A stretch of 64,000 nt of DNA, from positions 504,882-568,881 of the forward strand of contig WELA01003597.1 in the NCBI GenBank assembly GCA_009602735.1, read 5' to 3'. The notes below the pieces were generated by a model, which made no database searches, was not told the DNA's origin, and saw only the letters and a program-made list of their open reading frames with translations. How positions within the stretch are numbered: the stretch's first letter is position 1; every line of letters begins with the position of its first letter. This document shows, piece after piece, positions 21,449 to 32,365 of this stretch. Made by a program: the position numbers and the translations under genes. This DNA is from Mesotaenium endlicherianum. Its lineage: Eukaryota.

Positions 21449-23900
21449 TTATCACGCACTCTTCCGGGGCGCTCCCGCCCTCGAGCCTGGCCAGGGAGTC
21501 TTGCTTCTTGTCGACCCGGGCGACGAGGCGCATGAGTCCCAGCTCCTCGCACCGCTCCTCCGAGCGGACTTTGGCCCACGTGTCCACTGCCCGCATGGCG
21601 GACGTGATTCGCACGGCCTCGCGCTTCAGACCCCTAGGGCTGTACAGCTTCTCCATCGCCTCGCGCACCCGGTTGTCCAGGGGTGGCGCTTCATCGCCCG
21701 CGCAAAATAGATAGTTGTTTTCGGCAGCGAGGAGGTCTTCCATACCCTTTGACTGGTCCGGGGCTGTAGCCACTCTGCGCGTGATGTCTTGCACGTAAGG
21801 ACCCATGGACGCCTCGTCGCAGTTCCTCTTGTTCAGCCTCTTACCGAGGATCAGGTTGGAGCCTTCAGGCATGGCACCTCCGTGCTCGCGATAAATGTTG
21901 GCGGCGCCTTGTGTGCTCATGCCGTTTTTGTAGCACTGCATGGTCATCCTGGGCAGCCACTCGAGCATGCGCCGATGCCCCACAAGATCCTTCTGAAGTT
22001 TGTCTTCAGGGTCACGTAGGACATCTGCACAGGGGGGTGGATGCGATTTTGGTCTTACGTGGGGTCCAGCCTGGTAAGACAGAGTAGCAGCGGGCGAGGG
22101 GGGAAAGAGTACGGCGTCTCATTGCCTTGCCCAAGTTGAGGGAATTGTCTGCCACGCACGGGAAGAGCGGCACGTCTTCCATGCCCTCTCGGAAACGTAA
22201 GTCACCCGTGCGCGCCGCCTCCTCAAGTGACCCTCGCCTCCACGCCGCCAAGTGCGTGAAGAGGGCACACATGCTCGCAACAGGGCAGCTCCTGCGGGAC
22301 GACAGATCACACAGCGAGCGAGATGAGTGGACTTCTAGGAATGAGTACAGACATGCATTCAGACAGTTGCTACCGACGTAGAGTGGGCGCTGCAATTGGA
22401 CGACGCACCTCTTGTGATTAGGGTCCTCGTCCCCTGTGAGGAGGTACACGTGCTCTCCGATGTGGTTGGTCATCTAGTACCCGGCTAACTTTGAATCCGG
22501 AACGCGCACTGTGATCGACCTTGGCAGTTCCTTCCCCGACCCCGTTGGCGGGTTTCACTGCGATTGAGACGTGCTTTAGGCGCAAGAGGGGACCTGAGTT
22601 CAGTCTCAGGCCGCCGTAAACGGCCGCGTGCACGCATGCCAACATGACTAGACCGAGTGCGGTGCTCGTGTTGATCGATTCAACGGCCCGATTGAAGAGG
22701 TCGTGTGTGAGGGCGATGGTTTGGCTGGGCCGCTCAGATGACTCCATCCTGCCACACATAGGGCGGGACATCGTAAGAGCCCTTTCAGAGTCAAGATGCA
22801 TATTAAACAGGTCGCACAGCGTGCAAGAGGCGGGTGTTGAATGTGGTACTCCCGTGAGTCCACTCCACAACCATTTCAAGCACTTGCAAGCACAACCACC
22901 CCCCACAAGCGCCGGCAGCAGCGTAAGCAAGCATTCGCAAGCGCCAACGCCAGTAGGCACCTGTACCAGCGCCAGCAAGCGCCAGCAAGCTGCGTGTTTT
23001 TGTCAACGGGAAAAATCGCCACGTCAGCAAGCGCCACTTCAGCAAGCACCAGTACCAATGCCAGCAAGCAACAAGCACCAGCAAGCTGCGTGTTCTTGTC
23101 AACTGGGAAAAAAAAGTTGCAACCCTGCCGAGCAACAGGCGCCAGCAATACACTTGAGTGCCCTAACCCTAAAGCATAAGCCCTAAACCCTAAAGCCTAA
23201 GCCCTAAAACCAGCAATACACTGAGATCCGTCACTTTTGTTACAGCGTGAAGATGATAGTTGCGTTCTTCATTTGGCTGTGAGTATGTAGACATGGAACG
23301 GATGTATCCACACACAGACAAACTAGTTGCAGAGAGATTGATGGCTATCAAGAGGTGCCCCTAAGCACGTGGGAAAGTCCACACAAGCTGCCTGACAGGC
23401 GTGCACGCGATCAGATTGGGGGGGCAGCCTACCAGTCTTTGATAGTCAGCATGCGTTCTACACAAGGCGCACAGCAGGCAGAAGCCGGGTGGTAAATGTG
23501 GTACTCACGTGAGTCCACTCCACACGCACTTCATGGCATTTTGCGCCCAATCTTCTGTACTGCCGTCAATGAACCGCCCGGGTTGCTCCGCTGCCTTTTG
23601 AAAAAGCACCCTCCTCGTGGCGTATATGGTCTGCGTCGCCGTGGCAAAGGTCAATCCCTTCAACACTTTCCCACGCACTACCTTATCTCGCATGAGCCAC
23701 AGGGCATACTCGTCCCACACTTTTGGGGTGATTGGGAAGAGGTCTTTCGCATGTCCCTCGGCTTGCGCAAAGTCGACAGTGAACTTGCACCACGCCTCGG
23801 CCTCCACCCGGTCTAGTTTCAGGGTGCTGAGCTGTACGCTCGGCTTGCCCCTGTTGGCCAATCTGGTTGCACCGGCGGACAGGACCGAGGCAGTGCCATC
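21449..23900 (-). pseudogene. Intron-containing tyrosine recombinase-like gene (YR2)
   Basis: N-terminal LFPIT..WDEYALWL...T..IYATRR; phase-compatible intron 23508-22749; box I AAVYGGLRLNSGPLLRLKHV; TNH.GE..; SCPV; PLFP; TMQCYKNGMST.AA; SMGPYV. Confidence 0.7.
23160..23212. repeat. Degenerate telomere-like (CCCTAAA) repeats in the YR2 intron
   Basis: ccctaaccctaaagcataagccctaaaccctaaagcctaagccctaaaac. Confidence 0.7.
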
Positions 23901-24717
23901 TTTCTTAGCAGCCTCCAGATTTGTAATGAATCAGTATATTGGTAGATATGATATTCATTCAAATATAATAGTTAATTAAGTTCAGCCTGCTGAACTTTAT
24001 GTAGTATTGAGTCTGCTGGACTTTATATTATTATCAGTTTAAGGACTCAGCCGGAAGCAGCAGGCTGAAGTCAACTTAAGTCAGCTTGCTGACACATTCT
24101 TTGACAGCCAGCTGACCTCCGTACTCGGTAGCAGCGAACTGCCTCGATATGCACATAAGTGTAGTATGCTAGGGGAATGGCCAGATGACATCCCTATGAT
24201 GGATGGCGATTTGGGATGATGGGAGATGGCGGTGGATTTGGTTAACCGAGGTCCTACCAACGTGGTTAACTCCCGGGTAGGCAATGCCATCGCACTGACC
24301 CTTGAACAGTAAACTCATTCCATGTACATACGCTAGGCATTGCTCTCAAGTTCGGCATTCGGAAACGAGGCCAACTCTCTTGTACAACTTACTGAGAGAG
24401 ATTTGAATCCAAGGCGAGAAGCCATTGATATGCACTGTCTTCCAACCTTGCTTATGTATGAGCTTACTGATTGCATAATTGATGCTAGTTTACTTGCATT
24501 TGACTTACGGGTATTATTCACTGCTATTGTGTTGTCCTTTGCTGTTAAATCAATCGACAAAAAATACCATTAAGATTACTTGTTGATATAAAGATGTTTA
24601 TTAATTGCTAATTGCCTATTTGGTAAGTCAATTCATTTCAAGATTCTTCCACGCCACTAGATGGACGAGCGTAGGCTTTGCACTATCACAGAGGGAACAT
24701 GCGCTCCTCTCGAGCAA

Positions 24718-27614
24718 TCAGTCCAGGGGTTCCTTTTCGTCCACGATAGCCTCGTGGCCCCACCGCTTCTCAAGTCGGTCTGCTTCACGCCGCACACGAG
24801 ATGTGAAAGACCCTGCCGGCATCTTCTGGCTTGGTTCTGTGCCAACATTATCCCTTTTGGACCTCCACCGCCATGAGTTGTAGCAGGTCCTGCACATGCG
24901 CGCGTCATTCTTGTCGTTCCACCCCCATCCGTACTGGCTGTACATGGCTTGGCAACCAGCGCATGTTTCGCTTTTATCCAACGTGCAAAAGTACTCCTGC
25001 CTGAGACACTTCTCTGCGCGCCGCTTGAGCGCATTCAGCCCCGCCGCTGCCAGCTCCCTTGGGTCCGCCACCTGCAGCCCTTTTGAGACGCTCGGCCAGG
25101 CACGGTGGCAGGCATTGCAGAGCCGGGCGCCTGTGAGCTCCTCCCCCGCATTGTAAAACGGGGGGGTCTCCCAGGTGAGGCAGGCGGCGCACTGCTTCGC
25201 CTCCGCAGCCGGCGCTGCAGTCAGCCCCGCCCCCGCCGGCTCGCTTGGGTCCGCGCACTGCTCCGCCCCAGCGTCCGACTGCGCCCCCACGGCGCACTCC
25301 ACCGCCAAGGTGAACGTCCTGTCAGCCAGCGCCCTCAGCCCCGCCGTTGCCAGCTCCCTCGGGTCCGCCACCTGCAACCCTCTCGAGACGCTCGACACAG
25401 TGGCAGGCATTGCAGAGCCGGGTGCCTGCAAGCTCCTCCCCCGCGTTGTAAAACCGGGGGGTCTCCTGGGTGAGGCAGGCGGCCACTGCTTCGCCTCCGC
25501 GGCCGGTGCTGCAGTCAGCCCCGCTCCCGCCGGCTCGCTTGGGTCCGCGCACTGCTTTGCCCCAGCGTCCGACCTCGCCCCCATGGCGCCCTCGACCGCC
25601 AGGGTGAACGCCCTGTTAGCCGGCGCCCTCAGCCCCGCCGCCGCCAGCTCCCTCGGGTCCGCCACCTGCAGCCCTCTCGAGACGCTCAGCCAGGCACGGT
25701 GGCAGGCATTGCAGAGCCAGGCGCCTGCGAGCTCCTCCCCCGCGTTGTAAAACCGGGGGTTCTCCTGGGTGAGACAGGCGGCGCATTGCTTTGCCTCCGC
25801 GGCGTGCCCATCCAATCTCTTTCTCTTGCACCGTCTGGGGCCTTTAGACGAGAGGTCCTCTAACTCTTTAGGTGGTTGCGGAAGAAGGCTTGGGTCCACA
25901 ATGTGCCTGTGTGGACAAGTCGACGTCTTGTAACTGTGGTTGGCCGACACAAGCTGGGTCAGTGAATGGCTGACGTAGAGCCGCAACATGGAACACCGCT
26001 GTGCATTGTACCATCCCCTCTCCTTAGCGATCCTGGAGAATATCTTGTTGGCCTTGGCACGTGCACCGTCTTTCATGTACCCACTGAGTATGGCCTGCAT
26101 GGATCAAACACACGGCATGTTGGAGTCCTGATCACAACTCCTGACCTTAAAGTGCGATGGACCAGCACGGGACCTCAGACCGAGTGGCATACCTAGTCCA
26201 CCAGCCCTTTGCGGAAGCCCAGTAGATCGCATGCCTCTGTTGCTACGTCGACACGCGCAAGGCTTGACGTCACCATGCGATTCAGGATGTCAATCGAGTA
26301 TTACAATGACGGCAAAAGGGAGTGAGCGCTATGAGTCCTTTCAATAACCTGTGCGCGGGAAAAATTATGCTGAGCGTCCATGAATGGTATCCGAAGGTGC
26401 CTACAGTAAGGATTGTAGCCCTCACCGAGTTTGAGGTGTACGCATGGCCATGACCTCCGTATTCTTCTGCGGTGCACTGGACCATTGGAATGAGGGGCTG
26501 CGATGAGACGTTGTGTCGGACTCTGAAATCCTTACGGACATTGTCTGCCGAAAGCGCATGCTCAAACAAGCTGCAATCTTCAAACATCTTAATCACCCAT
26601 GCGATAGAGCTATGTTCCTTGTTGTTGTAATAAGTCACGACGCGCTGATTGCCGTGCTTCCGCCACGTTTTGTTTGGCGTAATCTGCCACGACGCAAGAT
26701 AATATTAGGCAAGGCAATGTGCAAGAGGTGCAAGCTTGGTGTCGCAGGTGGCACGTGCGTCTATTCTTTGATGGGGCATATAAATGGTTGAAGGCATCAC
26801 GCACCTTCCACTTGATGTTCACAGAGTCGTTGTGGGCCAAGAAGGTCAGATCACCAACAAGCGCTTTGGTAATGTCCAAGCACCGGGGTCCAGCACGTCT
26901 AGCCAACGTGAAGAGAACCCCCTTCACCACGTCCCTGGGCTGCAAAGGGTCCAAAATGCAGAGCATCATCTGCACATGTCGGTTTAGTAACGGCTTCATT
27001 CGGAGCACTCTGGCAGTGCCCAAGTCCCTGGCAGAGACGCAAGACGCAATTGCTGCGTGGCGGATGAAATCTTGGACGTTGGTGTTTACAAACTTTGGCC
27101 TCCTGCATGCCATCACTCTTAGGGTTCGCAAATACTTCCTCATGGTGGCATGGGCCAGGCTTGCCCCCCCCGCTCTGCGAGGACCACGCGCCCAGTAGAA
27201 CCACCTACTGACCAGTTCTTTGGATATTTTTTTGGGCATAGTGCAAGTCCCTTGCCTTTGACGCCTCTTGTGACCTGTCCCTTGTGGGAGGTCGTAGCCG
27301 GCATCCTGGCCATGGCTCGATCTACCCTTGACAAAATGTAGGAAGGTAACGAGGGACTTCTTGAAGAAGTTGAAATCCCTGGACAATTCCAATCACTCTA
27401 TACGATGGAAGACTGCAAGAGACGCCTCAGTTGTATCAAGGTGCTGAGCTCGCAAAGTCCCTGACGACGTGAGCTTACGCGAGCGCCCACCACGTGATTG
27501 TCGGGATGTACCAAAATCAACTACGACTGGCATGTTATTGAAGGAATAAGGGGAGCAATAAGATGCTTTATTGGCTACGGCATGCCTGCTTCTCAGTCGA
27601 CTCGCCAGCTCCAC
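24718..27614 (-). pseudogene. Tyrosine recombinase-like gene (YR3) with C-terminal tandem GATA-type zinc fingers
   Basis: LA.ATMRKYLR.LR; box I VLFTLARRAGPRCLDI..A.VGDL; DFRVRHNVSSQPLIP parallels YR2 DLRFREGMEDVPLFP; RGW...SMLRLYV; then CAAC-x20-CNAC (two intact, one frameshifted) and CAGC-x19-CRTC. Confidence 0.65.
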
Positions 27615-30600
27615 CGAGCCTAAGGTGAATATAGCCTACGACATCTACCAGGCCACTGTACATCAGGAGCCTTGGGTGTCGTGCCTAACAGCGTCGGACC
27701 CCTGGCACGTGAGTGGCTTCTCAGCACGTGTGCCTTCGACTTGGTTGACGTGTCGATGCGTCGCTGCACGTGGGGATCGACCGGGTTGATCGTCCCTTGC
27801 ACGTGTGTTGGTGACAGACTGGTTGGGGTTTGACCCATTTCTGGTCTTCCTGCACTTTCATCATGCGATGAGGCATCCCACACTCAGTGCATCCCATGTT
27901 CAACCAATTCCTCATTCAACACTTAGCAGAAATTTTTGAAAAGATAGCTTATCTTCATTTTCCCTTACATGTAGGACAGAAGCGTCTTACTTCCACACAG
28001 GCTTTCGCCCAAGTTGAGGATTTACAGAATGAACAAGTTTGTAGTTTGCAGAAATCACGTCTAAGCAGCTTAACAGGCAATGTCAAGTTCAGAGAAAATT
28101 GCCCTTCAAGGCTTTCGCTTAACTTCCACAAGTCGCTGCTTACAAGACTCTGAACTGCACATCTATGCTGGCCTGGTCTGAGCTCTTCGCTCAACACCGC
28201 GCCTTAACGGCTCTTCACTGCTTGGTTGGGCTCACTTAGTTCTTCACTGAGAGCTTTACTTGTTAATACTACTCTTGCTATCAGCAATTCGACAATTGAG
28301 ACTTCTGAGAATCTGGAAACTAACACAGCACTCACCATTTTAAGTGACCCTCGCACGCTTGCGGCGTTTGACCCAAATCTGTGCTAATCTCCTAACAGAT
28401 TCTATTCTGCAGCTCTCTACTTTCCACTACCTAGATCCTCTCTAGGGAACTCCTGAGGCCTAATCTTTTTATAATACACTTAGGAAGAAATCTTCCAGCG
28501 TCGGTAGAAGCGTGGCGCCCCGGCTCTTCTATGGCCTTGGGAACTCCTTCTCCTTCGCGCTCCTTCTGCTTCTTCAGCTTCCTTTGACAACGATGCGAGC
28601 AAGAATGAGGCAGCTTTAGGCAGGACTCGTGCCTTTCACAGGCACCACACACTGTCCTCTCTCGAGAATGTCAGTGCTTAGTCACAGCGCTTAGCTTACA
28701 AGCCGTCCTTACCCAGCAGCTCTCACACGGCTTAGAAGTTGTCATTCGGCATGCATGCATGCCTTGGGATTGTTGCGCGTGACCGCTTAGCCTTCCAGCT
28801 GACAATCACGCCTAGGTGGCTGGCTGGCAGCGTTTAGGGTGAACGCTTAAGCCGTGACTAGTCACCTGAGAGTCTGGCCAAGGCGGCACACAACGCCCTT
28901 TGCAACATCCCTGCAGTACTTGGCTTGAATAGCCGATTGATCAATACCTTTTTTGGCACTCGCTGGGCTGGCTCATTGCTGGTTCCATGCCCCTAGCCTT
29001 TCGGCTGACTACTCTGTCCTAATCCCCATTCATCCCCGGGTGTGGGGTTTGACGTGTCGTGACCACTTTGACAGTGATGACGACTTTGACATAACCGCTG
29101 ACTGAGATAACTCAGCCCTTTGGTCGGTGAGTCAACGCTGACTTTCCGTACCTGGGCGGTCGTGACTTGGGCTGCGCGTGCGGCACCGTCAAGTGGATAG
29201 TAGTCGCGACATGGGGCGTTGAAGAGCATGACGACAAATGAGAAGTCTTATCGGCGAGTGACAGGCGAAGTGCATTTGAAGGTGGAGGTCAACTTCCTGA
29301 CTTTCAAATCTTCTGGAGTCGACCCATGGCGCTGCTTTGCATAAAAACTGATACTCAGATAAATCAGCTGCATGCATGCCTGGAGTTGCCTTTCACTAGC
29401 CAAGTAGGGTTGACCATGACAACCGCAACGTCAGGAGCCGAAACTTGTCGACCGTCCTCCGGGCCACTCGGGTCAATTCGGACATGGCGTGGTTTGTTAG
29501 AACGTTGGTTCAGTCAAAAGACATACTCTCGTGGGTGTGCTACAGTGAACGCCTTGCGCATCTCCCCTCATTCTTGTCGTTCGTATCATGCTAAGAACAG
29601 AAGCCATAGCATATATTTTGCACAGGAGAAGTAACTTGGCAAGGAACCAAATGACGGGTGTTTGAAGCAATGGAGAGACTGAGAGTCCGTACTTTAAAGC
29701 CTGTGTTGAACAACGATCGCAACCTACTGCAGCTTAGAAACAGGGCGTGATGCCATCTAAATTTTTCATTTAGGGGAAGGAACATGGTTGCTTAAAGAGT
29801 TGCCATCGACCACCGCCAGTTGAATGTGCAAAACCTCATTTCTCTTATTCATCGTGAGTCGTCATGCCACTCTGTTCCTTCCAACCACTTTACGGGCTTC
29901 TGAAAAAATAGTTGTCAGCGTGCTATTCCCACTAGCTTCCGCAGCTGCTGGCTATGTCTTGTGGTTGCTTGGGAAGCAGCGCAGTCACCGGCAGTCGTTC
30001 GGGTCGCCTCCAAAGTGACAGTCTCTTTTACGTCACTGGCAGTCTCTGCTCCTTGGCTGCTCCTGCATCATAGTAACCCCCTTATCCAACTTTCCATGCA
30101 AGTGGGTTGTGAGCCTGAGGTGCACTCACGTAGAGGCCATTTTCAGCACGTGCAGTCTTATAGGGCTTCTACACCCTTCATATTTTGGGACGTTGTTCTT
30201 AAGGCCTGCAGCTGGAGTGTGTCATGGAACCTCTCGAAAGGAGCAGTTGAAAAGAAGGACAGAACCCCACACTTGAACATACATTATTTTCTGCTTTCAT
30301 TCTTTCAACCCCCTGCCATTGGGATAAGCACTGGGTTTTCATTGGAAAGACACAACCAAAAGAAGAGGGTGAAAAAGAGAGTGACTTGTTCTTTGGCTCC
30401 ACATCTGGCCAGGGCTCCATGCACAATTTTCCTTTTTGGCCCCTTCTGGATAGCTAGCGTGGTTTGTTCTTACTGGCTATAGCACATCACAGCGTCAAGT
30501 CATGCATCACTTATAGCCGTTGATTTTGGCTTGAGCTGGCCGCCACTACTATGCTGCAACCTCGAGGCCTGATGTAAGAGGGCTCAATTAACCTTGAGAC

Positions 30601-32365
30601 CTAAATTCCAAACTCTGCGCTGCAGCTTGCAGTCACGTTGCACACGGCATCCTCAGAGCAAGTGCACTACGAGTGGGGTGTTGTCAGTCTTTGGGAATGC
30701 TTTCGGGTGCACCAAACCCTAAATTCAGCAGCTGCTTGAGTAAAGCCCTAGAAGAGTTGCAGAAGGGGCCTGATACCCGATCCCCGTATCACTTGAGTGG
30801 CAAGCAGCAGCCTGCAAGGTTGTGTCTCTGGGGGGTAGGTTCAACAAGACGCTGCTCGAGCAGAAAATTTGATTGCTTGGCTTTTGGGGACCTAAATGTT
30901 ACCTTCGTTTTGTATCATGTGACTTATAGTACAGTAAGACTTTTGGAGTCATATGTATGTATGGCGTGGTCGATAAATATTTTTTGCTTACAGGCAGATG
31001 AACGCAGCATGACAAGGTGGCACGACCAGGAGCTGTCCCACCACCACCAGCAGCAGCAGCAACACTAGCACCAGCACCAGCAGCAGCACCAGCATACCTA
31101 CCAGCGGCAGCACCGCTTCCAGCAGCTGCGACACCACCAGCGGCAGCAGCGCCGCATACCACGAACAGCTGGAGCAGCAGCACTAGCACTAGCAGGAGCA
31201 GCAGCAGCAGCAGGAGCAGGTGCGGCATTCGTGGTGACAGGTGGGGTGACCTGCAGCCGCCATGTTCTTCTTCGAGCTGGAGCTTGAGCAGGAAGAGAAG
31301 GAGGTCGCCAAGAAGGGGCAGGGGCCGCACCAGGTGTGTTTCTTGATGTGCTCCTACGGGTGTATGTGCGCGTGCATGTCTCCCTATGACCACGTCCCTT
31401 CCCCTTCCACTTCTCCCTTTCTTTCCGCCCTCTCCCCGCCTCCCCCTCCCCCCCCCCCCTCTTGATCTCCCACTTGCTCGTTGCCCCCAGGACGCGTGCG
31501 ACGCGCATGCATATGCGAGCATATCCTAGCCTCTGCCCCTACCCATTTGCCCCAACCCCCTCCCCCTCTCTTTCCACCCCCCCACACCTTGCCCGCCCAC
31601 CTGACAGCTCATCAGGTCAAGTGCTGTGTGGGCCAAGTGTCTGAAGTGTGTCGAGATGGCAGGGGGTCACTTGTTGAGCCAAGGGTAGCACTGCACAAGC
31701 TTCAGGGCTTTTGGTTTGTATCCAAATTGGGGTTTAAGGTCTACTTCCAGACTTGTGGTTCAGGGTTTGGGCCATTTGGCCGTTCTCAGGCGGAGCCTGT
31801 CCACTGTTGCGTGTCGCGGGTGGACCACGCCAAGTGGCTTTCCTCCCCCCATCACACTTGCTGGGAATTAGACAGACCGTCCCTGCTAGCCCTCCCTAGA
31901 CATCGCCGCCACTCGCACTCACTCACTCTAGAGCTGACTTTCTCCCTCACTCTCACCGACAGGCTGACGATGCGGCTCTCTGATTCACTCATTCAATCGC
32001 TCATAGACTCGCACTCTTGCCCACTTACTCCATCTCAATCTCTCACTTGCTCGCGCACTCACTTTCTCCAACATGGACTGCCATTCAGCTCCTTGTCCAT
32101 GACCGGCGAGGTGACTGTCTGACTACCCGGCCGTCTCAGTCTCACTGACAGTCTGACTGTCAACCGCTCGCTCACTAGCTCTCCGGTGAGTGACCGAGTC
32201 ACCCCACTGGAAGGCTGAAACGAGCAACCCTAGGGTGGTCCTGCATGCATCTCTGCCTTCAGCACTCAGCGATAGAGCTTTTGCGGGACAAGCCCGTCAG
32301 GCAAGTCCAAGGGTGGCTAAGCTTGGGATGTGCGTCCTGGGCTGGGGGGGGGATAACTGGTGCAG

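Noticed and set aside
22900..23150. cagcaagc repeats as a CRISPR-like array
   Set aside because: Irregular degenerate minisatellite in a eukaryotic intron; no constant repeat/spacer structure and no cas genes
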